A stretch of DNA of 64,000 nucleotides from Candidatus Latescibacterota bacterium (lineage in GTDB: Bacteria; Latescibacterota; UBA2968; GCA-2709665), in contig CBDCOX010000002.1 of NCBI GenBank assembly GCA_965219995.1, forward strand, positions 1,504,001 through 1,568,000, given 5' to 3'. The translations under genes and the position numbers were made by a program. This document shows, piece by piece, positions 19,516 to 29,627 of the stretch. How positions within the stretch are numbered: the first letter of the stretch is position 1; each line of letters opens with the position of its first letter. A model generated the notes under the pieces. It worked only from the letters and a program-made list of their open reading frames with translations, did no database searches and had not been told where the DNA came from.

Positions 19516-20259
19516 TTAAAGTACGGAAAAAATAGCGTCGGGCAATTCGGACAGCGAGCCAATTGTGAGGTCGAATCGATCCGATCGACTTCCCCCGATC
19601 TTGACTGTCTTTGCGCCAAGCTTCCTGGCGGCCAGAAGTGGGAGCTCGTTATCGTCCACGACAACCGACGCGTCAGGTCGGGCCCCGACTTCCCTAAAAA
19701 TCCGCGAGTGGAAAGCGCTGTGCCCCTTTTGAAAGCCGACCAGATCAGACCCGTATGGCGTGCCTATCCGTTCACGGACACCCATGCGCGCCAGCACGGT
19801 TTCGATCACCCAGGATGGATTGCCGGATGCCGTATGGATTTCGAAATCGACAGCCAGAGACCTGATGGCTGCCGCGGATCCCGGAAAAACCGCATTGGTA
19901 TTCAGATACACGTGGTTGAATGCGCGTTCGGCGGCGTCTACACGCTCCTCGAATGTGCCTGGCGCCTTTACGCCCACTTCGTCGCACAACTGCCGGACCC
20001 ACTCCGCGTGGAGGCGGTCCCACCACCGGGACAGATTTAATTTCCGCAATCCCGGTGCCTCCCTGTACTCTTCGCTCCCACGACTCCAGACCTTCATCCA
20101 TATTCTGTCCTGATGTTCAGCCCAGACATTGGCGTCTCCACCGAGCAATTCGCTTAAGCGGGTTCCCGCCAACCTGCTGCTCTCTGATTCCCACAACGCG
20201 TTATCGAGAATCACACCGTCAAGATCCAGAAACAAGAACCTTCGTTCGCCGCCCATCAC
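19516..20259 (-). CDS. HAD-family hydrolase
   Basis: LDLDGVI, SGN, K and VVVDD. Confidence 0.88.
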   Translation of the reverse strand: MMGGERRFLFLDLDGVILDNALWESESSRLAGTRLSELLGGDANVWAEHQDRIWMKVWSRGSEEYREAPGLRKLNLSRWWDRLHAEWVRQLCDEVGVKAPGTFEERVDAAERAFNHVYLNTNAVFPGSAAAIRSLAVDFEIHTASGNPSWVIETVLARMGVRERIGTPYGSDLVGFQKGHSAFHSRIFREVGARPDASVVVDDNELPLLAARKLGAKTVKIGGSRSDRFDLTIGSLSELPDAIFSVL

Positions 20260-20291
20260 ATTTCTCGCTTTAGAAAGGCTTCAGCCCGCCA

Positions 20292-20813
20292 TCAAGTCTG
20301 GTAGGAATAGACGACACCGGCGTCAGTGAGGATCCCGGATAACTCGGTTACCGACCGTACCCAGATGAGTTGCAGGCGCCATCGTCGGATGATCTCAGGC
20401 ATCGCATACGATTCCGAGCCGATGGCTTCGACGGGTTGTCTGGAGACATATTCGTTACTGGGAACCTTGAAGAAGTGGCGTTCTTCGAATACATACACGT
20501 TGGCCTGAAACTCCATGATCTGCGTCTGATCTTCACTATTCACGAAAATGAAACAGCTCTTGCACGGATCGGTCTCATACCCCAGGGAATCAAGCTTGCG
20601 CCTGGAGCATTCAGAGTTCCTGACTCTTATTCGATGAATCCCGGGAAACAGGTGAATGGATATCTCGTCGAAATCGCCAACATAGAGCAAGCGATCCGGG
20701 ATATAGCCTGGTTTGGGCCTCCGGGTGCTGCTGCTGAAATCGCGGGTCCGGTAGAATCTCGTCGGGTGAAACACGTTGCTATCCCGGCGAGGTGTCACTT
20801 TATATAAGAGCAA
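20292..20813 (-). CDS. Hypothetical protein
   Basis: 173 aa ORF filling the gap in array orientation; GAGGAG RBS; EYVS motif. Confidence 0.7.
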   Translation of the reverse strand: MLLYKVTPRRDSNVFHPTRFYRTRDFSSSTRRPKPGYIPDRLLYVGDFDEISIHLFPGIHRIRVRNSECSRRKLDSLGYETDPCKSCFIFVNSEDQTQIMEFQANVYVFEERHFFKVPSNEYVSRQPVEAIGSESYAMPEIIRRWRLQLIWVRSVTELSGILTDAGVVYSYQT

Positions 20814-20979
20814 ATTTGCGACTCCTCGCTTGCGAGAGAATCACACCCAGGACGCAATCTCCCATCCGGAGGGAGAGTCCGAAATCATCACGAATTCGAA
20901 AGCGCCTCCAGTGAATGAATTCAGAACGCGCGGTCGGGAGTGAGATTTGTTCAATATTCAATGGGAGCGGCGAGACGGG

Positions 20980-21525
20980 TTAGTTCAAAAGCACTGTGCC
21001 CGGCACCCGAAGAATCTCGCACGTTTCGAACGCGCCTTCCTCGAATCTCAACCTGATCCCTTCACAGTAATTGCACGAAGGCCCCCACCGCTCGTGATCC
21101 GCGTCGGGCAGACAGCCGACCGCGCTGGCTTCGATAAACCCGCCGTGCGAGATAAACAGCGCCTGGCCGCCGTCCGGGAGCGACCTGGCGACGTTGAGGT
21201 GGAAATCAGCTAGCGTCTTGGCGAAGTTCGCGACGGCGCCGGCCGGATGTTGACGGATATATGAGGAAAATCCGCCGAATCCTACGTCGAAGGAGATCTC
21301 CGCGTCGGTCGGCATGGATGCGAGAAGTTCAACCTGGCGGTCGACCGCAAACCCCATCGCGATCGCCGTTTCGAATGCGCGAGGGACCGGACTGGTATAG
21401 ACCCTTTCGAACGCCGGCATTCCTTCCCCGACGCGCCTGGCGAGGTCAACGCCCGCCTGCGAGAGATGTTGTCCGGGCTTTGTCCTCATCGTGTGTCGTC
21501 GATGTTCGATGAATCTGGCGGCCAT
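20980..21525 (-). CDS. Histidine phosphatase family protein
   Basis: RRHT, LSQAG, TSPVPRAFETA and ISHGG. Confidence 0.85.
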   Translation of the reverse strand: MAARFIEHRRHTMRTKPGQHLSQAGVDLARRVGEGMPAFERVYTSPVPRAFETAIAMGFAVDRQVELLASMPTDAEISFDVGFGGFSSYIRQHPAGAVANFAKTLADFHLNVARSLPDGGQALFISHGGFIEASAVGCLPDADHERWGPSCNYCEGIRLRFEEGAFETCEILRVPGTVLLN

Positions 21526-21562
21526 TCGTTCATCCCCCAACAGGATTATGGAGTTAGCGTGT

Positions 21563-22432
21563 TCAGCCTGCCTTGCGGAAGAACGCCATCAGATCCAGGC
21601 GCACCCGCTCGCTTCCGTGAACGACGCTGTGAGGTTCTTCCGGATACACGCGGAATTCGGCGCCAGGAATCTTCGATGCCAGGTCCTCGCCCCATTCCAC
21701 CGGCACTTCCCGGTCCCTGGCGCCGTGGACCACAAGGGTGGGCGCTTTTATCCGTCGGCATTCGTCAGTCAGGTCCCTATCGAGATACGCGTCAATCGCA
21801 CGCAACTGAATCCCGTACCATTCGACACGTTTCTGCACGCTGGACCTCGCGGCGAGCTCTTCCACTCGCTCTTCGTAGTCCGCCAGCGTTCCCCGCTCTT
21901 CCATCTCATCCCGTTCCCACAGCACATCCAGGGACAACTCGACACCTTCCGGCCGGTTGTTCCACGCCGCACCAGCGCCCTCTCTGTCAAGGATTTCCAA
22001 CTGTCCTCGTACAAGGCGGGTCACCGGATCGTCATCCGGCCAGAGACGCGCGGCCGTACCGGCCAGCGCAAGTGTTCTGACACGCTCCGGATATCGCACA
22101 GCAAACAGAATTGCAATCGGACCCCCCGCGGAGGAACCGATCACGTGCGCCTTTTCCTCCGAAAGGTGGTCGAGCAATGCGACCAGGTCGCGCACCTGAT
22201 TTTCCAGGTCGTAGCCCGAATCCGGACGCGACGACAGCCAGCAGCCCCGGCGATCGTACATCACATACCGGAATTCAGACGCGAAGTCCATTTCCCATCC
22301 CCATGCACCGGTCGCATCCGCGCGGAGATGCATATCCAGCGAAGGAAATCCCCCGTGGACAAACGCGATGACATCGCCCTCGCCGCGCACGTCGTAGAAC
22401 ATCCTGAAACCGTTTATGGTCGCATATGGCAT
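21563..22432 (-). CDS. Alpha/beta hydrolase
   Basis: HGG, YDRRG, GSSAGG, HG.RD and H. Confidence 0.92.
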   Translation of the reverse strand: MPYATINGFRMFYDVRGEGDVIAFVHGGFPSLDMHLRADATGAWGWEMDFASEFRYVMYDRRGCWLSSRPDSGYDLENQVRDLVALLDHLSEEKAHVIGSSAGGPIAILFAVRYPERVRTLALAGTAARLWPDDDPVTRLVRGQLEILDREGAGAAWNNRPEGVELSLDVLWERDEMEERGTLADYEERVEELAARSSVQKRVEWYGIQLRAIDAYLDRDLTDECRRIKAPTLVVHGARDREVPVEWGEDLASKIPGAEFRVYPEEPHSVVHGSERVRLDLMAFFRKAG

Positions 22433-22540
22433 CGGCGTATCCTGGTGAGACCTCTACGCTCTTCCTGCTTTCAGGGTCTCGATTATCTGCTGGTCTGTCT
22501 CGTATGCCAGGTCCGCCTAAACAAGCATGCCGAAGCGTGG

Positions 22541-22650
22541 TCATTGAGCTTGTCGAAATGCCAACGCTTCGCGACCCGTCGGCAGCACTTCGCCGACCCT
22601 TCGATCCTTCGACAGGCTCAGGGAGCGACTCAGGGAAAGGCGCTCGAGCG
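22541..22650. repeat. Cluster of TTCGACARGCTCA micro-elements, one nested
   Basis: CATTGAGCTTGTCGAAATG; CCCTTCGA[TCCTTCGACAGGCTCAGGGAG]CGACTCAGGG. Confidence 0.85.
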
Positions 22651-22680
22651 ACATGTTCTGGGCACAATTGGAAACCCTGG

Positions 22681-23580
22681 CTAACATTCCCCGGTGTTGG
22701 TTCCCAAAAATATCCTTGGTGCATCCCGTGGCAGCTCGCAGACATGCACCAGGAAGGCCATCGCTCGTTCGGCGTTTTTCGCCGGAAACCGGAATCGATA
22801 GTGATTTCCGACGACCCTCGCGGCCCGTGTGAACAACCTTTGGATCGCGAACAGCGACTCCCGAATATCGTCGTAGTCGGATCCAGCGTATGTGCGCTCG
22901 AACTCCCGCCAGTCCTCGGACTCGAGGTGCTTCTCCAGGTCCCTGCCTTCGCTTCCCAGCGAACTCTCAAACCCCTTCGTTACGCCAATGTACCAACCGA
23001 GCATCAGGACGAGATCCTGCCGCAGGCGTTCGACGTGACACTTCAACAGTGGAAGCTTTCGTCGCCACAGAGTCTTCGGAATATGCGAGCCGAGGGTGAA
23101 GCAGAACGTGTTACAGCAATCGTCGTACAGCTTCTGTGTCGGTTCCGTGATGGAATGGCTTCGTTCACTGGGATTCGGGAGATCGGGGATGAGACCGTCC
23201 TTGTCCAGCAGGACCCGGGTCAGGCTGTCAAAAGGGCGCTTCTCCAGCATTTCGACAGGGAAAAATGCCATATCGATGCGATTGCCGTCGGTAAACTGGA
23301 CGTTGTATGTATAGCGACCGTCTCGTAGCCCGGGTCGGTAGACCTGATCCTCTACTTTCTCTACCAGCAACGGTACTCCAAAGTACGGAACGACGCGACT
23401 TTCTTCTCTGAAGGGTTCGACGTCGGTGACGAAGATTGAAATATCGTAATCCTGTAAGATGTCCCTCTCGGCGTTCGGGTTGGCACGAGACCCATTCATC
23501 ACAACCGCGCGAATGCGGTCATCGGACCGGGCGAATTCGAGGACCAGCGACAACACTTCCTCTTCGGTTTGCGTCCTCAA
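22681..23580 (-). CDS. Aminoglycoside 6-adenylyltransferase (AadE/AadK) family protein
   Basis: DDRIRAVVMNGSRAN..DILQDYDI, FTDGNRID and LLDKDG; likely TTG start after GAGGA. Confidence 0.88.
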   Translation of the reverse strand: MRTQTEEEVLSLVLEFARSDDRIRAVVMNGSRANPNAERDILQDYDISIFVTDVEPFREESRVVPYFGVPLLVEKVEDQVYRPGLRDGRYTYNVQFTDGNRIDMAFFPVEMLEKRPFDSLTRVLLDKDGLIPDLPNPSERSHSITEPTQKLYDDCCNTFCFTLGSHIPKTLWRRKLPLLKCHVERLRQDLVLMLGWYIGVTKGFESSLGSEGRDLEKHLESEDWREFERTYAGSDYDDIRESLFAIQRLFTRAARVVGNHYRFRFPAKNAERAMAFLVHVCELPRDAPRIFLGTNTGEC

Positions 23581-23791
23581 GTGATCCTCTTCACATCTCA
23601 AAACTGAGACTATCCGGCGCAGAATTCTGTACCAACCATCGTCAGTCCAGTAACAGTGGACAGACAGAATCCCGCTGGCGGTACTGGAAGTCCAACGGAT
23701 TGTCTCACATTGAAATTGCCAAGACATCTTTTCGACCTAGATCCCGTGGGATGGAGAAGCACAATTGCGCACAAAATCGGGTTCTACGCAC

Positions 23792-24700
23792 TTATCCCGT
23801 CCCCACAAGAACGAGCCCTACGAATAACACGGCGACGCCGATGTACTTAAGAACATATGCCGGTTCTTTAAGAATGAGTATACCCAAAACTGTCCCCATG
23901 GGAACGCTAATCTGCCGAAATGCAACGACATAGCTTACGTTTGAGACAAAGGCGAGACTGATAAGGACCAGAGTATAAGTGGCAAACATGCCGGCCCCTG
24001 CCAGTAGGGCTCGGGATGCCCGCGTTTCCAGAATTTCCCGTACAACCTTGCGACCACGGTGTCGAAATAGAACCCACATCCCCAGCCAGAGAGAGGTCGT
24101 AAGGCCCTCGAAAAATGCGTATAACATCGCGGCCTGCCACGCTGCAATGGGGAGGACGGAAGGTTCTCTCAGGCGTCGTAAAGCTTCGTCATCGATGATC
24201 GTATAGCCCGCCGTTGCGAAGGCGGCCGACAATGCAAACAATACAGATGAATTCAGGTAATTGCCAATTCGAAAATCGCCAAAGCTCTTCATGGGCAGTA
24301 CAAACATCCCAACCACTACCAGCACAATCCCACAGATGCATTGTGCGCTGACTTGGTCCGATCGCTTTAGGAGAATTGTGACAATTATGACCACGATGAT
24401 TGGAGAGGACCGCGCGATGGGATAGAGTATGGAAAGGTCTCCCCGACGGTAGGCGTTGGCCAATGCGAGCATATAGAGGGCCTGAACAAAACCTGTTGCG
24501 GCAAGCAGCAGCCATACTGAGGTAGGGAACACTGGAATTGCGGAACCGAATGGAATAAGTGTAGGCATCAAACACAGAAAACCAAACGTGTTGGCCAACA
24601 GAAAGAAAGCAGCGGACGGATGTTCCCGCTTGCCCAGCAAGTTCCAGCCTACGTGAGTTAAGGCCGAGATGAGAATCAGGATGACGGCGGTGAGGGTCAA
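23792..24700 (-). CDS. EamA/DMT transporter
   Basis: HVGWNLLGK, GDLSILYPIARS and YVVAFRQ.S..ILKE. Confidence 0.9.
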   Translation of the reverse strand: MTLTAVILILISALTHVGWNLLGKREHPSAAFFLLANTFGFLCLMPTLIPFGSAIPVFPTSVWLLLAATGFVQALYMLALANAYRRGDLSILYPIARSSPIIVVIIVTILLKRSDQVSAQCICGIVLVVVGMFVLPMKSFGDFRIGNYLNSSVLFALSAAFATAGYTIIDDEALRRLREPSVLPIAAWQAAMLYAFFEGLTTSLWLGMWVLFRHRGRKVVREILETRASRALLAGAGMFATYTLVLISLAFVSNVSYVVAFRQISVPMGTVLGILILKEPAYVLKYIGVAVLFVGLVLVGTG

Positions 24701-25010
24701 GGCTATATTTCTCAGATTCTACGGGGGTGTCTTCGTGGAGAATACCCTCATTTGGCAGATAGACTCGACGGCTACCGAATTTTACACTGACAAACAAATA
24801 CCCCTACGTGTCAATCTTATAGTATGACAATTCCTCTTTGAAAATAGAGAACAACGGAGAGTGCGAACGGGTATAGAACGATGTTTGATGTATCAGGTCG
24901 CGCAAAGGCCTCCAATAGAGCCTTGGTTCCTTTCACGATGGAACTCCTGCAACCCTCAAAACGGATCAAATCCGGTCTGCCGCCTGGACATGATTGGATG
25001 CAACTCCGGG

Positions 25011-26110
25011 TTACAATGCGATGGCATCGGATACGAACTGGCTGAAAGTATCCCGCAAGGCGTGCTGTGAGTCCGGCAGTTCAGGCCGCCACTGACGGGC
25101 GGCCATCCAACCCTGGGCGATTCTCGTTGCGGCAATCAGGTCGGGACCCTCGAGGCTCGCGAGTCCGGCTGACTGGCGCTTGACGGCCATTCTCCGGACG
25201 AGGTCCCGGTGGCCCGGGCGATTCCCGTCTCCTGAATTCAGGACCTGGAGGTACGCCGGATCCAGAATCCACGGTCGACGAATCGGGTGGACGTCAATCA
25301 GGACAGCGCGGTCACCACCGGGAGGCGGCTCTCTCATCAAACCGTTGCACATGTGGAAATCATCGAAGCAGGTTTCCGATCCGCATTTCTCGAAAACGAA
25401 ATCCCAGTGGTCTTCGACACTCGATAGAAGCACGTCGACGGGTCCGGGACATTGCCGCCGGATTGCGCCCTCCAGCCAGCCTGAGACTTCCGCTTGCGTC
25501 GTGACACCCAGCGCCGGATCGTCGATCAGATTCGCATGCTGATAGAAGCGAACCCCGGCGTCGAGTGTTCTGTCCCAGAAATAAGTTGCCTAAATTCGGC
25601 CGCAGAGTCGCCCGGCTCGCAAGGCGCCGGAGCGCAGGCGACCTGGCACGGTCGGCGAGCGATGGCAACGCCGCGAGGCGGGATGAATCTGCGGAAGAAT
25701 GGTGAGGTATTTCTGTGACAGGACACTTGCATCAGTTCGAACTCCCTGCCGTTCCAGGAATTGCCCAGGGGTCCGTACGGAATGGCTTCCAATGCGATCC
25801 AGTGGACGTCGATGTCCCCCAGGCGGGAACCCGCGGGATAGACCGCCGGTGTAAGATCGGGCGCCAGGCGATGGAGTTCCCGGCACCAGAAGTTCTCACG
25901 CGCGCCTGTGCCGACCTTGACAATCACGACAAGACCCGTTTCCCGGTGCAGACCCCGGAGATGGACCGCGATCAGCCCGTATTCCTGGACGAAAAGCTCG
26001 ACATCGCGGGCGATCGAAGTAATCGCTTCCGTCCGGTTCACGGCATCGAGAATCGTACATAAGACCTCGTCCTCGCGCGAGACCCGTCCGTTACGATCGA
26101 AGATCCGCAC
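25011..26110 (-). pseudogene. APH-like phosphotransferase interrupted by a family A MITE
   Basis: Removing 25565-25726 plus 2 bp joins ..GREFELM-L-DAGVRFYQHAN..VLLSSVEDHW..DDFHMCN..LIDV in one frame. Confidence 0.85.
25565..25726 (+). mobile_element. Family A MITE, 162 bp
   Basis: TIRs GTGTTCTGTCCCAGAAATA / TATTTCTGTGACAGGACAC; non-coding; homologues at 31497, 57391 and ~5900. Confidence 0.92.
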
Positions 26111-26143
26111 TGTGTTGCTCCTCTCCGGTCGTGCGCGTGTCGA

Positions 26144-27235
26144 TCAGAAATGGTCCGGCGCCCAGAAGATGACCTCGCGGCGGGGGAACCACTCGTCGAG
26201 TTGGCGGGCTTCTTCGGTCGACAGCGAGATGCCGCGGGCGCGGATAATCGGCGCCAGATCGCTGCCGGAGGCCTCGCCGAAGAGAAGCCGGCACATCAGA
26301 TCGGCCGGAAGCCTGCGGGACAGCGGCGTCGCTTCCGGTGCGGCCGTGTCGACCAGCGAACCGAGATCGCAAGGCAGCACCATCATCGAGTTGTCGCCCG
26401 TGATTTCCAGGTCGGCGTTAGCCGCAACGACCAGTGCGTCGACAAAAGGGTGGCTGTGCGGGATCGCTCCGCTTATTCGCGTCACGCCGGCCTCCGCGCA
26501 CGCGTCAAGCGCGCACTGCACAAGAGCATCCAGGGCCAGGGAGTTTTCGTTGGCGACCTCATGCACCACGGCGCCGTAATCGTCCGCTACCCAGTTGATG
26601 TATCCGCCCAGTCCCGCCGGGCCGCGGACCACGGTCGTGGGCAGCACACCGCGCACGCGAGACGGCGCATAGTCCCAGTACGGACGCGGACGCGACAGGC
26701 TGCCGCTGCGACCGGCGTTGTAGCGCTGATAGAGCGCGACCGTCTCCTCGAGATCACGCGTCTCGTCGAAGGGTAGCATTTCCAGGGCGGACCGACTCGC
26801 CGTTGGGACGCCGCGCAACTCGGCCCGAAAACCCGTCAGCGGCACGCAGCACCAGCCGAGACGCAGGTAGAAGCGTGCCGGGATCGCGGAGAACAGCAGG
26901 CCCAGATCGTAGCCATCGTCGCGCATGTACTCTACGGCGTGCTCCATCAACCGCGTCGCGATGCCACGTTCCCGAAAGTCGGGATGGGTTGTGACGCCGC
27001 CAATGCCGCCCATCCGGACGGGTGTGGCGCCGAGGTGAACCCGGCGGTCCCAGATCCGCAGCGTCGAGACAATCCGGCCTCCGACAACGACAACCGGCGT
27101 GTGCGACGGACACCAGGTCGGATCGCCTTGGATGTAGCCCGTGTAGCGCTCCCGGCCCGCGGGATTGTGCACCGCACAGAGCAGGTCCAGGAGTTCGTCG
27201 AGCTCCGACTCGTGGATGGGGCGAATGGTTTCCAT
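26144..27235 (-). CDS. Eis-like GNAT acetyltransferase
   Basis: GGIGGVTTHPDFRERGIA and FYLRLGW; tandem GNAT length. Confidence 0.88.
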   Translation of the reverse strand: METIRPIHESELDELLDLLCAVHNPAGRERYTGYIQGDPTWCPSHTPVVVVGGRIVSTLRIWDRRVHLGATPVRMGGIGGVTTHPDFRERGIATRLMEHAVEYMRDDGYDLGLLFSAIPARFYLRLGWCCVPLTGFRAELRGVPTASRSALEMLPFDETRDLEETVALYQRYNAGRSGSLSRPRPYWDYAPSRVRGVLPTTVVRGPAGLGGYINWVADDYGAVVHEVANENSLALDALVQCALDACAEAGVTRISGAIPHSHPFVDALVVAANADLEITGDNSMMVLPCDLGSLVDTAAPEATPLSRRLPADLMCRLLFGEASGSDLAPIIRARGISLSTEEARQLDEWFPRREVIFWAPDHF

Positions 27236-27286
27236 GGGAACTGTGATCGAAATGTCGGAGAAATTCAGCTGCGGGGCGGGTTGCCG

Positions 27287-28171
27287 TCACCCGCTGATTG
27301 TCAGCGACAATCCGTCAAATGCAATCCGGTATCCGTTTGCCGCGGCAAACCGGTCGAGTTCGTCGTGTTCCAGGTATCCTTCGTGAGAAATATGGGTCGC
27401 GTAAACCCGCGCGCCGTCCTTGAGAAGACGGTTTCGGCGAAACCGCTCGACGTGGTCAATGACGTCGACGGATGCCAGATGATCCGGCGGACTTGCGTCG
27501 ATCCCGACGCCGTACGTGTGATCGAGGACCAGCAGATCGAACCGTGTGCCGGCAGACAGCAGATGCTCCCACACCTGCTCCGAAAGGACCGAGGTATCGG
27601 TACCGTAAAATATGGCATGGGTGTCTTGTTCGATCGCGTAAAGCAGGGCCCCCTCAACGGATCCGTGGTTCGCGGGATACCCTGTAATCGAATATCTGCC
27701 GACCGCGTGTTTCCTGAACGGCTCGAAGATTACCGTCTCGATCCTCAGTACAAGCTGCGTCTGGCGATCGAAGATGCTCCCGTACTCGCTTCTCCGCGCC
27801 AGGTCCTCGTCAATGGACCTCAGCGTATCGATTGAACCGGCCAGAATCATATCCTTCGCGACGACCGTCCCGTAATCACCGTGCCTGGACATCAGAAACT
27901 CGGGGTCGTAGTGGTCCTCATGGGTGTGGGTCATGAGACAGACGTCGATTCCTGTGAGACAGACGTCGTGATCAAATGACGCGCTGACGACGTCCGGACC
28001 GATATCCACCAGCAAATCGTCGTTCACGATAATGGACGACCGCCTGCGAAGATTCTTTCCGCCCATCCGCCTCGCGCACTTGCAGGCCTGACACACGCAG
28101 AAGGGGCTTGGCACGGAAGGTGCCGCCGATGTGCCGAGAAATGTGACTTGCATCGGTAATCCGTACTCCAT
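27287..28171 (-). CDS. MBL-fold metallohydrolase (PhnP-like)
   Basis: FLGTSAA..CxCxxC, THTHEDH and THISH. Confidence 0.9.
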   Translation of the reverse strand: MEYGLPMQVTFLGTSAAPSVPSPFCVCQACKCARRMGGKNLRRRSSIIVNDDLLVDIGPDVVSASFDHDVCLTGIDVCLMTHTHEDHYDPEFLMSRHGDYGTVVAKDMILAGSIDTLRSIDEDLARRSEYGSIFDRQTQLVLRIETVIFEPFRKHAVGRYSITGYPANHGSVEGALLYAIEQDTHAIFYGTDTSVLSEQVWEHLLSAGTRFDLLVLDHTYGVGIDASPPDHLASVDVIDHVERFRRNRLLKDGARVYATHISHEGYLEHDELDRFAAANGYRIAFDGLSLTISG

Positions 28172-28187
28172 CGTGGAGCATCCCGAA

Positions 28188-29090
28188 TCACCCCAGATGC
28201 TCCGTCCTCAGTTCCCGGGACCACTCGAAGTAATCGTACAGCCGCACCAGCTCGAATTCATCGACGATATCGGCTGCGGTGCGCTCCTCAGACTCGCTGT
28301 AAATCACCGACGTGCCCACCTCCCCGGTGATGACAATGCGCACGGCCTCGCCGTATTTCCGGTGTATATCGTCGAACCTGGCGCGATTCTTGTCGAGATG
28401 CACCACTTCGAAGTCCAGATTGATGCGGGCGGAAGCCCAGCTTCTATAGTTATTGCTCCTGTCCAGGGTGGTCCCCTGCGGATCGATGATGGTGCATTGC
28501 GTACTCCTGTACACCGAGCCGACGAAATAGGCCTGCACGTCCAGAGCCCAGAAGTTCTGCACCAGCCCGCCGTGATACATGGAGCTGAAGAGCAGCAATT
28601 TGGGCCTCAGCTTCTTGTACTGGTCCCGCAATTCACCGAAGTTCAGATCGAAACAGATCACCCCGCCTACCGGCCCGAATTCGGTCCGGATCAGGGTCGC
28701 GCCGGGACCCGGCCGGGTGCCGCGGTCGAATTCCGGATAGACCGGAATGTATTTGCGGTAGATCCCGGCCAGTTCGCCCTGCCTGTCGAGCAACCCGAGG
28801 ACATTGAAGACCGCCTCGCTCTTGGGTTCCTTCTGATGCACCGGCACGGTAATATAGCAGCCGTATTCCCGGGCCAGTCCGGCCAGGAGTCGGGTCGTCG
28901 GTCCCTCGGGCACGTCTTCGACGCAGGTCCCGCAGATGGTCTCGGGGAGGACGATCAGATCGGGCGTGGTGGCCCGCGCGACCTGCCCCACCAGGTCCGT
29001 CAGGTCCTTGTGGGTCTGCTCCATCACCTTCTCGTCTTCGCCACCTATCGGGGCGTAGGAAACGCTCGACACGACGATGTAATTGCTCAT
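28188..29090 (-). CDS. Carbon-nitrogen hydrolase (nitrilase family)
   Basis: LPE, YRK and ICFD catalytic triad. Confidence 0.92.
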   Translation of the reverse strand: MSNYIVVSSVSYAPIGGEDEKVMEQTHKDLTDLVGQVARATTPDLIVLPETICGTCVEDVPEGPTTRLLAGLAREYGCYITVPVHQKEPKSEAVFNVLGLLDRQGELAGIYRKYIPVYPEFDRGTRPGPGATLIRTEFGPVGGVICFDLNFGELRDQYKKLRPKLLLFSSMYHGGLVQNFWALDVQAYFVGSVYRSTQCTIIDPQGTTLDRSNNYRSWASARINLDFEVVHLDKNRARFDDIHRKYGEAVRIVITGEVGTSVIYSESEERTAADIVDEFELVRLYDYFEWSRELRTEHLG

Positions 29091-29181
29091 GGGGTTTCCT
29101 TTCGTTAATCGACTCGTGTGGCCCGAGAACCGTGCTCCGACAGGGGTGTCTTTATGTGGACTGCGCGTCGGACAATCTCGA

Positions 29182-29547
29182 TCACCCTTCCGCCGGAGCA
29201 TCACGTTCGCCGACCCACACTTTGTTGCCGTCGGGATCGTGAACTCGAAATTCCGTCATGTCGTAAAATGTCACGCCGATAGGTTCGGGATCGAAACCAG
29301 CGGCGATCAGACGGTCCCGAACCCCTTCAATATCCGACGTATAGTAGTAAACGACGGTGGAGGCGTTCGATTCCGTGCGAATCGAACGGTCGATCATCAC
29401 CTGGCAGCCATGGTCGCCTCCCAGGATGGCGTGACCCCAATCGTCTCTGCGACGGATGACCTGCAGGCCCAATCCCTTCGCATAGAAGTCCAACGCCCGA
29501 TCCAGATCGGTTATTGGAACCATCGAGGTGATACGATGTATGCTCAA
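29182..29547 (-). CDS. VOC/glyoxalase protein
   Basis: DLDRALDFY..LGL and EFRVHDPDGN. Confidence 0.92.
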   Translation of the reverse strand: MSIHRITSMVPITDLDRALDFYAKGLGLQVIRRRDDWGHAILGGDHGCQVMIDRSIRTESNASTVVYYYTSDIEGVRDRLIAAGFDPEPIGVTFYDMTEFRVHDPDGNKVWVGERDAPAEG

Positions 29548-29627
29548 TGCTTTGCCTCCCAGCCAAAAATACAGCCCATCAAGGGCTTCAATTCATTGAA
29601 TCGCCATACCTTGATGCCAGCCACCAA

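Noticed and set aside
22681-23580. Calling the AadE-like, APH-like and beta-lactamase-like genes antibiotic-resistance determinants
   Set aside because: Only family-level motifs are visible; substrate specificity cannot be inferred from them
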